The notes below the pieces were generated by a model. It had not been told where the DNA came from, did no database searches, and was given only the letters and a program-made list of their open reading frames with translations. Both the position numbers and the translations under genes were made by a program. A stretch of DNA of 28,502 nt from Candidatus Saccharibacteria bacterium UBA7683. Lineage in GTDB: Bacteria; Patescibacteriota; Saccharimonadia; Saccharimonadales; UBA7683. The stretch spans positions 1-28,502 of the forward strand of contig DLGX01000066.1 of NCBI GenBank assembly GCA_002482925.1. The letters run 5' to 3'. Shown here piece by piece: positions 1 through 8,936 of the stretch. Positions within the stretch are counted from its first letter, which is position 1; every line of letters starts with the position of its first letter.

Positions 1-146
1 GCTGCAAAGTTTCCTACTGTCATAGAATCTGCGCTTGGGTCAACTCCCCAATAAAACGTAATTGGATCGCCATCAAGAGCCTTGATATCTTTAAATGTAG
101 TTTGATTTACGAAGCCACGCCAGGTTAATTCTTCAGAAAGTGTCAT
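1..146 (-). CDS. tyrS: Tyrosyl-tRNA synthetase, N-terminal fragment (runs off the window start)
   Basis: Not in the ORF track; translated by hand from ATG at 146: MTLSEELTWRGFVNQTTFKDIKALDGDPITFYWGVDPSADSMTVGNFA. This fits the TyrS start (L..RG...Q.T ... Y.G.DP.A.S..GN). SD-like GAAAAGGA lies upstream. Confidence 0.9.
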   Translation of the reverse strand, partial: MTLSEELTWRGFVNQTTFKDIKALDGDPITFYWGVDPSADSMTVGNFA

Positions 147-261
147 AAGGTTTCCTTTTCAATTTATATTACAAGTTAACTATTAGTAGATATGAGAAAT
201 TAGCCCAATCGGGCATATGTCTGATATGAACTGTTGTAACAAAATTGCGTCATCAAGTGAC

Positions 262-270
262 AGTATATCA
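262..270 (-). promoter_or_regulatory. Extended -10 promoter for tyrS (TGATATACT)
   Basis: The minus strand reads TG-A-TATACT, about 115 nt upstream of the tyrS ATG. The same motif recurs before radA and rplS. Confidence 0.55.
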
Positions 271-291
271 TCCGTAATTACGTGAACAAAA

Positions 292-300
292 TGCTATACT
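292..300 (+). promoter_or_regulatory. Extended -10 promoter for the PBP gene (TGCTATACT)
   Basis: TG-C-TATACT 32 nt before the ATG at 333, overlapped by the inverted repeat ATGCTAT-N5-ATAGCAT (291..309). Confidence 0.65.
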
Positions 301-332
301 AGATAGCATAAGCATGAGGTACAATTAAAGGT

Positions 333-3044
333 ATGACAAAAGACACGAAAAAGAGTTCAACGGGCTCCGTCCGCAAGCCAGCGCACCGAAAAGGCGCACA
401 TTCAGTTTATAGCAACCTAGCCACTAAAAAACGCGTATCAGCAGATGTAAAATCTCGTAAAAAAGCGGAATTTTTAGCAACGTTACCGAAATCAAAAATC
501 AAACGAATCGCCTACCGCCTACACCCTAAACGCTTCTTTAAGTATTGGTTTTCTAGACAAGGTGCAATCATGGGTCTTAAAATTGCTGGTCTTGGACTTG
601 CAGCCGGAATAATTCTTGTACTTGCGATCTTTGCAATATTTAGAAAAGATCTTGCTATTGGACCAGATGAACTTACAAAACGTGTGCAAAGTCGTACAAC
701 CAAGTTTTATGACAGAACCGGGCAAGTACTACTGTATGAACTGTACAAAGATCAACAACTTACCTTTGTAAAACCAGATCAAATCAATAACAACATGAAG
801 TGGGCAACGGTTGCTATTGAAGACAAAGACTTTTACAAGCACGGCGGTTTCGATATGCGCGGTATTTTACGTTCAGTAGTAAACAATGCCAGCGGTGGTG
901 GCAAGCAAGGTGCTTCTACACTAACCCAGCAACTTGCCAGAAACGTAATTCTAGAAGATAACACCAGATCCGGTATTGCCGGTTATACCCGTAAGCTTAA
1001 AGAAATTATTCTTTCTATTGAACTGGAACGAACTTATTCTAAGGATGAAATTTTAAATTTCTATCTTAATTCAATTGGATACGGTGGAACCGCGTACGGA
1101 GTTGAATCTGCTGCTAAGCGATACTTTGGCGTTTCAGCAAAAGATTTAAGTATCGAACAGGCAGCCTATATTGCCTCTATTCCGCAGTACCCAAGCCTAT
1201 ACGACAGCAATAGCCCGAGTTTTGACCCAGAAGCAACATTAGCCCGTCAAAGAACTGTTATTGATTACATGAAAGAACAGGGTTATATAAAACCCGACCA
1301 AGCCGAAACAGCTAAAAAAGTAGATATTCTTGCTTCAATTAAGCCGCTTACGAATGAGCCGACTGCTAAAAAAGCTCCTCACTTTGTAGATGAAATTATT
1401 AAACAGCTTGAAGGTAAGTATGGTGCCGACAATGTGAGAAAAGGTGGCTGGAGAGTTATCACCACGCTCGATTGGGACATGCAACAAATGGCGGAACGTG
1501 CTGTTAAAGATAATATGGGAGCGGTTGAATCTCGTAGAGGCGGACTTGGTGGTAATAATGCGGCACTGGTAGCCGTAGAACCCGCTACTGGTCATGTTGT
1601 TTCTATGGTTGGTAGTCGTGATTATAGCTATCCTGGATACGGTGCCTATAACGCAGCGACATCTGATCTTCAGTATGGTTCTAGTATGAAACCGTTTGTA
1701 TATGGAACATTGTTCAATGGTTCTAATGTTTACGGCGCAGGAAGCATTATTCCAGATACCGCACAAGTATTTAATGGAACCCCTGTTTCTAACTTCGACA
1801 AGAAATATCGTGGCAATCTAAGTATCCGTAGCTCATTAGCGGAATCTCGTAACTTACCAGCCATGAAGGCTGCAAACATTGCCGGTATGGGCAATGTTAT
1901 AAATGTAGTAAAAGCAGCTGGTGAAACTGCCATTAAGTGTTTAGAACAGAAACCATGTACCGACGGTAACGAAAACGACCCATTCATGGCCATTGGTACG
2001 GGAACAATTCATCTAGATGAACACACGGCAGCTTATGCTGCACTGGCTAACAACGGTATTGCTATGCCAGAAACTCTGGTTCTTAAAATAGAAAAGTCTA
2101 ACGGCGAAGTTGTGCAAGAATGGAAGAATAAAGGCGGAACCCCATTATTTACTAATGCTGAACGAAGCCAAGAAATTTCATACATACTTAGCGATATTCT
2201 TGCAGATGATGGCGCTCGTGCACCTACTTTTGGCCGTAACGTAAGCTACTTTAATCCTAAAGGTGTAAAAACAGCAATTAAAACCGGTACTACCGATAAT
2301 TCTAAAGATGGATGGATGATGGGCTACACGCCTAAACTTGCTGTTGGTGTATGGGCTGGTCGTAGTGGTACCGGCGGTGTTATGGGTGGTTATACAGACA
2401 GTAGAACTGGTCCAATATTCGGCCAGTTTATTCGCGAAGCACACGCCCAGGTGCTTACAAAGCCTCAATACGGCAGTTATAAAGCTAACGAATGGTTCAC
2501 ACAGCCTAAAACGCTTCAAAAACTTTCTGTAAGTGGTAAGACTGATTGGTTCCCTTCTTGGTATAAGAAACCTAAAGAAGACATTCAAGACGTAATTTTT
2601 GACCGCGTTTCTAAAAAGCTTGCAACTACCTGTACGCCAGAAGCTGCAAAAGAAACAATTAAGATTACTGTTTTAACCGATCCAACAAAACCAAATGAAA
2701 AAATTCAAAGCGGTGTTCCTGAAGGATACGACATCACAAAGAATGATGATGTTCACCAGTGCGGCGTAGAAGCAGCAACTGGCTTTAGTATTTCACCATC
2801 AGGTACTGTCTCTTCTCGCTCTCAAACCCTCAGAACCTCTTTTGTGAGTGGACCTAATCCTATACAGACAATCGAGTTTATTGTTAATGGGCAGGTTTTA
2901 ACTTCACTGCCTGGTGGAAGCAATAGCTATAATGTACCATACACTTTCCCCTCGGCTGGTAACTACTCGATTCAAGTTCGCGTAACAGATAGTTTGTACT
3001 ATCAATCAACTTCAACATCATCTATACAAGTTACGGGCTCTTGA
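333..3044 (+). CDS. Class A bifunctional penicillin-binding protein (PBP1A-like transglycosylase/transpeptidase) with C-terminal Ig/PKD-like extension
   Basis: Basic cytoplasmic N-terminus and one TM helix. GT51 motifs EDKDFYKHGG, GASTLTQQLARN, RKLKE, EILNFYLN. Transpeptidase motifs SSMK (SxxK), SRN (SxN), KTG. Beta-rich C-terminal ~85 aa. Confidence 0.95.
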   Translation: MTKDTKKSSTGSVRKPAHRKGAHSVYSNLATKKRVSADVKSRKKAEFLATLPKSKIKRIAYRLHPKRFFKYWFSRQGAIMGLKIAGLGLAAGIILVLAIFAIFRKDLAIGPDELTKRVQSRTTKFYDRTGQVLLYELYKDQQLTFVKPDQINNNMKWATVAIEDKDFYKHGGFDMRGILRSVVNNASGGGKQGASTLTQQLARNVILEDNTRSGIAGYTRKLKEIILSIELERTYSKDEILNFYLNSIGYGGTAYGVESAAKRYFGVSAKDLSIEQAAYIASIPQYPSLYDSNSPSFDPEATLARQRTVIDYMKEQGYIKPDQAETAKKVDILASIKPLTNEPTAKKAPHFVDEIIKQLEGKYGADNVRKGGWRVITTLDWDMQQMAERAVKDNMGAVESRRGGLGGNNAALVAVEPATGHVVSMVGSRDYSYPGYGAYNAATSDLQYGSSMKPFVYGTLFNGSNVYGAGSIIPDTAQVFNGTPVSNFDKKYRGNLSIRSSLAESRNLPAMKAANIAGMGNVINVVKAAGETAIKCLEQKPCTDGNENDPFMAIGTGTIHLDEHTAAYAALANNGIAMPETLVLKIEKSNGEVVQEWKNKGGTPLFTNAERSQEISYILSDILADDGARAPTFGRNVSYFNPKGVKTAIKTGTTDNSKDGWMMGYTPKLAVGVWAGRSGTGGVMGGYTDSRTGPIFGQFIREAHAQVLTKPQYGSYKANEWFTQPKTLQKLSVSGKTDWFPSWYKKPKEDIQDVIFDRVSKKLATTCTPEAAKETIKITVLTDPTKPNEKIQSGVPEGYDITKNDDVHQCGVEAATGFSISPSGTVSSRSQTLRTSFVSGPNPIQTIEFIVNGQVLTSLPGGSNSYNVPYTFPSAGNYSIQVRVTDSLYYQSTSTSSIQVTGS

Positions 3045-3095
3045 TTCAGTGTAAAATATTGTCTGGCTTGGCACGGCAAGGCGTTTTAATAAATA

Positions 3096-3902
3096 CTATT
3101 TAGAATTAATGGTTGCGATAAGTTTATCTTCTGCGGTAAGTTTTCTGTTGGTAAATCTTCGTTGTCTAGGTTTTTCCGTTAGCGATCCGGGTTGTTTCTG
3201 TGAAGGCTGGGCAGTGTCTTTTAGCGGTTTAGCAAACATCATTCTGCCCGCAGTCGTTTGTAGGTTGCGCGTGAATTCTACTTTCATAAATTGGCCTTGT
3301 TTTGTTCCGGCATGCTCTACGACAACCATCGTACCGTCATCTAAGTAACCTACGCCTTGAGTTTTTTCTTGGCCTTTAGAAACGATTTTAATTTCTGCAT
3401 GTTCACCAGGGATTCTGGTTGGACGTAAGTTTTGTGCAAGTTCGTTAATATTTAGTACTCGTACGCCTTCAATTTCTGCTACTTTTAGAAGATTGTAATC
3501 GGTGGTAAATAAGAGAGCTTTGAGTTTAAGAGCGAGCTTCACTAGCTTTTCGTCTACGCCTGATTCTGATTTAATATCGTCGCTAATGATTGAAACCGTT
3601 GTATGCTTGCTATCCTGCAGAGTCTGTATGACCTGAAGGCCGAACCTGGCTCGTTCCCGTTTAAGGTGGTCAGCTTTGTCTGCAAGTAGCTGTAGCTCTG
3701 CAATTACAAATCGTGGAATAAGTAGCTCTGAGGGTACAAAACCTGATTTTACAACTTCCACCACGCGTCCGTCCATAATGGCACTGGTATCAAGTAGTAC
3801 TATGTTTCCTTTTGATTTTTTAATACCACTTGGCAGTAATTTCCAAATGATAAATAAACTGAGCAATACGTTAATTGCTGTAATTAGTAATTGTGTATTC
3901 AT
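3096..3902 (-). CDS. Membrane-anchored PIN + TRAM domain protein (YacL-like putative RNase)
   Basis: N-terminal TM. PIN acidic residues in LLDTSAIMDGR, VIAELQ, VDEKL, TTDYNL. TRAM motif QGVGYLDDGTMVVVE. Lies downstream of radA as in the Firmicutes clpC-radA-yacL cluster. Confidence 0.88.
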   Translation of the reverse strand: MNTQLLITAINVLLSLFIIWKLLPSGIKKSKGNIVLLDTSAIMDGRVVEVVKSGFVPSELLIPRFVIAELQLLADKADHLKRERARFGLQVIQTLQDSKHTTVSIISDDIKSESGVDEKLVKLALKLKALLFTTDYNLLKVAEIEGVRVLNINELAQNLRPTRIPGEHAEIKIVSKGQEKTQGVGYLDDGTMVVVEHAGTKQGQFMKVEFTRNLQTTAGRMMFAKPLKDTAQPSQKQPGSLTEKPRQRRFTNRKLTAEDKLIATINSK

Positions 3903-3913
3903 AAATTTTCCTT

Positions 3914-5257
3914 TTAAGTTTTAAGATACGTATTAAGCGCATCTTTTAATGTTGAGATTGAATGAAGCTGAGCTGATTTTACATCAGTTTTAGGGCCAAT
4001 AGAAAGTTTAAAGCCAAGCTGTTTAGCTTCTTTTAGTCGTTTTTCGATATTTGGCACGTGTCTAACTTCACCTGAAAGCCCCACTTCGCCAAACACAACA
4101 GCATCTTTTTCAAGCTTCATACCTTTAGCTGCAGAGGCAATTGCCATACATACCGCCAGATCTGCTGCTGGTTCGTTAATTTTTATACCACCAACGATGT
4201 TTATATATACGTCGAATTCGCTCAGATCAAGCTTTGTACGGCGCGTTAGCACTGCGGTGAGTAAGTTAAGCCTGTTTAGGTCAAAGCCTGAAGCTGCGCG
4301 CTTAGGATACCCAAACGACGTACGATTAACTAATGCTTGCACCTCAACTAGTATTGGGCGAGTGCCTTCCATTGCAGCCAATACTATCGAGCCGTCTGCA
4401 ATTTGGCGCTCTGCTAGTAGAACGGAAGAAGGATTATCTACTACAATCAAGCCTTTGTCTGTCATATCAAATATTCCTACTTCAGAAGTTGAGCCGTAAC
4501 GGTTTTTTATAGCTCTAAGAACTTTAAAACCGCCATACCTATCCCCTTCAAGATTAAGAACTACATCTACAAGGTGTTCTAATAATTTTGGCCCCGCAAT
4601 ACTACCTTCTTTGGTAACATGCCCGACAAGAATTAGCGTTGTGTTGGTTTGCTTTGCAGCCTGAGTCAGTAGGTATGTACTGTTAGTAATCTGGCTTACC
4701 GAACCTGGTGCAGAACTCACCGACTTACACGAAACTGTTTGAATGGAATCAACAACAACGGCTTCGTATTCCCCGCTTAAAATAGTCTGAGCTATGTCGT
4801 CGCTACTGGTTGAACTTGCCAATAGAACCGTACTTTCTTTTGGAGTGATTCGTGAAGCTCTTAAACTTACTTGTTCTAGCGATTCTTCACCGCTTACATA
4901 GAGTAATTTATGGTTTGTAGAAAGCTGTGCAGCTAGTTGCATTAATAACGTGCTTTTACCAATTCCAGGCTGACCAGCAATTAGGTTAACGCTACCAGCA
5001 ACAAAGCCGCCACCCAGTACGCTGTCCACGTCTGCAGTACCGGTAGTTAAACGGGCCTTGCGCTGACTTTTTTCTACCTTACCTACCATTGTGGCTTTGA
5101 GTGCCTGGCCTTGCACAGCGGAAAGTGCAGCATCGCGACTAACTGGAAGTTCTTCGGTTAAACTATTCCATGCCCCGCAGCTGCTACATCTTCCTGCCCA
5201 TTTTGAATGACGAGCTCCGCATTCTTGGCAGACAAATTGTGTTGTTGATTTTGCCAT
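3914..5257 (-). CDS. radA: DNA repair protein RadA/Sms
   Basis: C4 zinc finger CQEC..GRCSSC, Walker A GQPGIGKST, VVVDSIQ, KNRYG motif, Lon-protease-like C-terminal domain (GEVGLSGEVR). Confidence 0.97.
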   Translation of the reverse strand: MAKSTTQFVCQECGARHSKWAGRCSSCGAWNSLTEELPVSRDAALSAVQGQALKATMVGKVEKSQRKARLTTGTADVDSVLGGGFVAGSVNLIAGQPGIGKSTLLMQLAAQLSTNHKLLYVSGEESLEQVSLRASRITPKESTVLLASSTSSDDIAQTILSGEYEAVVVDSIQTVSCKSVSSAPGSVSQITNSTYLLTQAAKQTNTTLILVGHVTKEGSIAGPKLLEHLVDVVLNLEGDRYGGFKVLRAIKNRYGSTSEVGIFDMTDKGLIVVDNPSSVLLAERQIADGSIVLAAMEGTRPILVEVQALVNRTSFGYPKRAASGFDLNRLNLLTAVLTRRTKLDLSEFDVYINIVGGIKINEPAADLAVCMAIASAAKGMKLEKDAVVFGEVGLSGEVRHVPNIEKRLKEAKQLGFKLSIGPKTDVKSAQLHSISTLKDALNTYLKT

Positions 5258-5266
5258 CTCTTACCT

Positions 5267-5275
5267 AGTATATCA
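5267..5275 (-). promoter_or_regulatory. Extended -10 promoter for radA (TGATATACT)
   Basis: TG-A-TATACT followed by 9 nt (AGGTAAGAG) and the ATG at 5257. Confidence 0.65.
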
Positions 5276-5284
5276 TTCAAGTAG

Positions 5285-6241
5285 TTAGAGCGAATCGTAA
5301 CTACTGTCGAGTTGCTTAACTAAGTCATTTTGCGTAGAAGCCAAAGCGTTCCGTGCTTCAACAAGTTGATTATACGAATTGATTATTTGTTTTAATGCCG
5401 CTATATCGTTGTTGTACGCTTGAATTTTAGCGTTATAGCTAGGTACCGCTGCATTATATTCTTCTGTTTGGTTGGAACTTTTTAATTGGTCGAGTCGAGC
5501 TCTTTCGCTTTCAATATCGGATTGCGATTGGTTAAGTGAACTTTCTAGAGATTCTTTCTGGTTTTTTAAATCAGTGAGTTGTTGATCGTACTGTTTTATT
5601 TTTGAATCAAGCGAGGTGAACGAATCTTCATATTGTTTTGCATACGAAACAATCTGTGATCTGTTAGTAAAGTACTTTCGGTAATGATCCTCAAGCTTTG
5701 CTGGTAGAACTGCAATTTCTGTACCAAGAATTGAGTGAAGTTCGTTTTCTAACTGCCCAGGTTCAGTTCTTCTATATTCTTCAAGCGTATCGTTAAATCT
5801 CTGATCATCAATACTCTCAGCAGTTGCGGTAAGTGTTTTATTGAGCTCATTTTTTTCGTTTTGGGGCATTCGTTCATACACAGCATGAAGTAGTTCATGG
5901 GCTGCAGTAACCTCTTTCACACCGTTCAAACGCGTATCAGCAACGTTATATATAAAAATTCGCTGTCTGGTGTAGCAACCTAGAACTATGCTGTGTTCAT
6001 GAGACACGCTTTTACACGACTGGTTGAATGCTTCGGAAGATTGTATCTTGGGCTGACTGGCTTTATATAAAAAACTTCCATCAGATGTTAGCGCCAGATT
6101 CTGCGCCAAAACATCGGCTTGACTATCTAAGTCCTGCGTATACACAACGTAGTAGTCTTTTATAAACTGGCGCTGAGTTACCCCTACTAGCGCAAGCGCC
6201 ACTAGTGCAAGTCCGAAAACCGAGAGTACTCGTTTCTTCAT
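5285..6241 (-). CDS. Exported or membrane-anchored putative zinc metallopeptidase (gluzincin-like) with C-terminal coiled coil
   Basis: Signal/TM segment KKRVLSVFGLALVALALVGV. HELLH at 115-119 and NELHS (E167) downstream. Cys76/Cys89 pair. Heptad-rich Q/L/N C-terminal ~110 aa. Confidence 0.7.
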   Translation of the reverse strand: MKKRVLSVFGLALVALALVGVTQRQFIKDYYVVYTQDLDSQADVLAQNLALTSDGSFLYKASQPKIQSSEAFNQSCKSVSHEHSIVLGCYTRQRIFIYNVADTRLNGVKEVTAAHELLHAVYERMPQNEKNELNKTLTATAESIDDQRFNDTLEEYRRTEPGQLENELHSILGTEIAVLPAKLEDHYRKYFTNRSQIVSYAKQYEDSFTSLDSKIKQYDQQLTDLKNQKESLESSLNQSQSDIESERARLDQLKSSNQTEEYNAAVPSYNAKIQAYNNDIAALKQIINSYNQLVEARNALASTQNDLVKQLDSSYDSL

Positions 6242-6255
6242 ATGTTTATTCTATA

Positions 6256-8772
6256 CTATTTAGTTGTTTTAGAAAGTTGCTTCTGTTTTTTAAAGGTCGA
6301 TGTAGGGGTATCTTCAGAAAATACAAGTTGCTTCTTCTTATAATCTACTGTGATTGTTTGATTCTTCTTCCAGACTTCGCCAAGAAGATTTTCGGCAATC
6401 TGGTCTTCAATTTCGTCTTGAATTGCTCGTCTTAAGGTGCGGACACCCGATTGTGCATTGTAACCTTTTTCTAGAATATAATTTTTTGCTGCTGGTTTAA
6501 TTACCAAATTGAGACCGTGCTGTTCTTGCAAACGAATATTAAGATCGTTCAACTGCAAATCAAGCACTTGTTTAGCCTCTTTGGTTGTGAGCGCTCGGAA
6601 GATTATTACTTTGTCGATACGATTAATTAATTCTGGGCGCATCGCAAGCTTGAGCTCTTCCATTACTCGTTCTTTGTTGGCTTCATGTACTTCATCAAGG
6701 TTTTCAATTTCTGATTTAGTTTCAGCCCTAAAGCCAAGTGTTGATTCGCGTCGTAACTGTTCTGCACCAATATTACCGGTCATAATTATTACGGTATTAG
6801 TGAAATCAACAGTTCTGCCTTTAGCATCTGTTAATACACCGTCTTCAAGAATCTGCAGTAGCATGTTGAAGATATCTGGGTGAGCTTTTTCAATTTCATC
6901 AAGCAGAATTAAGCTATATGGATTACGCCTGACTTTGTCGGTTAATTCGCCGCCTTCTTCGTAGCCAACATACCCTGCCGGCGCACCAACAAGTCGTGAT
7001 GCCGTGTGCCGTTCCGAAAATTCGCTCATGTCTATTTTTATAAGCGCATCGTCACGGTCATAAAGTTCACGCGCCAGTACTCTGGCGAGCTCGGTTTTAC
7101 CAACACCAGAAGGTCCGAGAAACACAAATGAACCAATCGGACGCTTTCTATCACTCACACCTGATCTATTTCGACGGATTGCTTTAGAAACTGCTTCAAG
7201 TGCTTCTTTTTGGCCAATTACATGTTTGCCAAGTGTTTTTTCAAGTTTTAACAAATAAGTTGCTTCTCGTTTTAAAATACGCTGGCTTGGAATGCCGGTA
7301 ATAAGCGCTACGGTTCCGGCTAAATCAGCCTCTGTCATAACTAACCTTCCACGACCACGACTTCGTTGCTTTTCTAAAGCATCTTCAAGCTGAGCGTGTT
7401 TAGCTTTGTGCTTGGCTGCAACTTCAAAATTTTCATGTATGACTGCTTCTTCCATTCGGTGCCGAACAAGTTTAATTTCTTTTAAGAGCTGGCGCTGACT
7501 TTCTGGCATATGTGAACGTTCTACGCGAATATGAGCAGCGGTTTCGTCGAGAAGATCGAGCGCTTTGTCTGGCATGAATCGTTCTGACATGTAGCGATCA
7601 CTTAGGTGCACCGTTTGTTCAACAATGTGTTCATCTATAGTAATGCCGTGGTGTGCTTCGTACTTAGATTTTAAGCCTTTAAGAATTTCTGTAGTTTCCT
7701 GCAGCGTTGGGGGCAATACTTGAACGTTTTGGAATCGTCGCTCTAACGCGGCATCTTTTTCTATGCTCTTTTGATATTCATCTATAGTTGTAGCACCTAT
7801 TACGCGCATTGTTCCACGGGCTAGCACAGGCTTTAGTATATTTGCGGCATCTAGCGCACCTTCAGCAGCGCCCGCACCAACAAGCAAGTGAATTTCATCT
7901 ATAAATACAATTACGTTAGAATCTGAAGCAATTTCTTGCATAATTGCTTTTAATCGTTCTTCGAATTCTCCGCGGTATTTAGTACCTGCAATCATGCCAG
8001 CAAGGTCGAGCATAACAATTCGTTTGTCTAATAGATTTTCAGGCACCTGTTCTGCTGCAATTCGTTGAGCCAAGCCTTCAACTATTGCTGTTTTACCAAC
8101 ACCAGGTTCACCAATTAGTATTGGGTTATTTTTATTACGGCGTGAAAGTATTGTTATTACACGTAGAATTTCTTTACTGCGGCCAATTACCGGGTCTAAC
8201 CGACCCTCTTTAGCTTCTTCTGTTAAATCAGTTCCGAAGAACTCTAGGGCGCTTTTAGCTTTTTTATTGCGAGTTTTAGTTGTATTACCTTCTTGTTCGT
8301 ATTCAAATCGTTGCTGGTTTAAATATCCTTCAAGCTCAGAAGTAAGCGTGTCGACGTTTATATTCATGTCGCGCAGTAGCACATTTGCGCGTGCGTTTTT
8401 TTGAATAAGAATACTATAGAGTATATGTTCAGTACCGCAGTAATCTTGGCTGAATTCTTTAGCAATCTCCCAGCTTGTTCGCAGTGTTAGTTTTGCAGCT
8501 TCGCTCAGGCCTTTGCCACCACCAAGATTGATAACAATAGTTTTTGGTGTGAGCTTCAAAGCGGTCTTAGCCCTATCAAGCGTAACACCCGATGTTTCAA
8601 GCAAACGTGCACCAATTGAACCTTCTTGGCTTAAAACACCAAGTAGAATGTGTTCGGTTCCAATATAAGCGCTGCCGAAACCTCGAGCGATTCCTTCAGC
8701 GTGCTGAAGACTCTGCCGTGCGTTTTCGGTTAGGCGGTTTAAAAACTCTTGAAATTCTTTTGCTGGGTTCAT
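6256..8772 (-). CDS. clpC: ATP-dependent Clp protease ATPase subunit ClpC
   Basis: Two Clp-N repeats ([20 protein letters not shown]). AAA+1 GEPGVGKT / VFIDEIH. Short UVR-type M domain. AAA+2 GPSGVGKT / LLDEIEK. LGF ClpP-docking loop. SD AGGAGGAG. Confidence 0.96.
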   Translation of the reverse strand: MNPAKEFQEFLNRLTENARQSLQHAEGIARGFGSAYIGTEHILLGVLSQEGSIGARLLETSGVTLDRAKTALKLTPKTIVINLGGGKGLSEAAKLTLRTSWEIAKEFSQDYCGTEHILYSILIQKNARANVLLRDMNINVDTLTSELEGYLNQQRFEYEQEGNTTKTRNKKAKSALEFFGTDLTEEAKEGRLDPVIGRSKEILRVITILSRRNKNNPILIGEPGVGKTAIVEGLAQRIAAEQVPENLLDKRIVMLDLAGMIAGTKYRGEFEERLKAIMQEIASDSNVIVFIDEIHLLVGAGAAEGALDAANILKPVLARGTMRVIGATTIDEYQKSIEKDAALERRFQNVQVLPPTLQETTEILKGLKSKYEAHHGITIDEHIVEQTVHLSDRYMSERFMPDKALDLLDETAAHIRVERSHMPESQRQLLKEIKLVRHRMEEAVIHENFEVAAKHKAKHAQLEDALEKQRSRGRGRLVMTEADLAGTVALITGIPSQRILKREATYLLKLEKTLGKHVIGQKEALEAVSKAIRRNRSGVSDRKRPIGSFVFLGPSGVGKTELARVLARELYDRDDALIKIDMSEFSERHTASRLVGAPAGYVGYEEGGELTDKVRRNPYSLILLDEIEKAHPDIFNMLLQILEDGVLTDAKGRTVDFTNTVIIMTGNIGAEQLRRESTLGFRAETKSEIENLDEVHEANKERVMEELKLAMRPELINRIDKVIIFRALTTKEAKQVLDLQLNDLNIRLQEQHGLNLVIKPAAKNYILEKGYNAQSGVRTLRRAIQDEIEDQIAENLLGEVWKKNQTITVDYKKKQLVFSEDTPTSTFKKQKQLSKTTK

Positions 8773-8858
8773 AACTAAACTATACTCCTCCTAAGGGTAA
8801 GAAACGATACGTTGGTAAGTTTTTTACAGCAGTTGTATTATTTCTTAACACTACAAAC

Positions 8859-8887
8859 AGTATAATAATTTAGCACTCTTTGGTCAA
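8859..8887 (-). promoter_or_regulatory. Sigma70-type clpC promoter TTGACC-N17-TATACT
   Basis: Minus strand -35 TTGACC at 8882..8887 and -10 TATACT at 8859..8864, spacer exactly 17 nt. Confidence 0.85.
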
Positions 8888-8896
8888 GAGTGCTAA
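8870..8896. promoter_or_regulatory. CIRCE element (HrcA operator)
   Basis: Exact consensus TTAGCACTC-N9-GAGTGCTAA (TTAGCACTC TTTGGTCAA GAGTGCTAA), overlapping the clpC -35 box. Confidence 0.95.
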
Positions 8897-8936
8897 ATAA
8901 CAAAGTTTCCTACCAAATCTAAAGTGCTTTTAAATC

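Noticed and set aside
147-261. T-box riboswitch or other structured RNA in the tyrS leader
   Set aside because: The leader is only about 110 nt. I find no T-box (UGGNACC) sequence, specifier stem or terminator, only small hairpins (GCCC-AATC-GGGC at 203..214 and GTCA-N5-TGAC).
512-2588. Antisense and alternate-frame ORFs inside the PBP gene (e.g. 1335..1766, 2178..2588)
   Set aside because: They are shadows of a well-supported gene, with no motifs or start signals.
3064-3087. Possible terminator between the PBP and PIN-TRAM genes
   Set aside because: Only a 4-bp stem (CTTG/CAAG) with a short T-run; too weak to call.
8881-8887. CtsR heptad (GGTCAA) near clpC
   Set aside because: A single half-site that is simply the reverse complement of the -35 box. 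CtsR needs a tandem heptad repeat.
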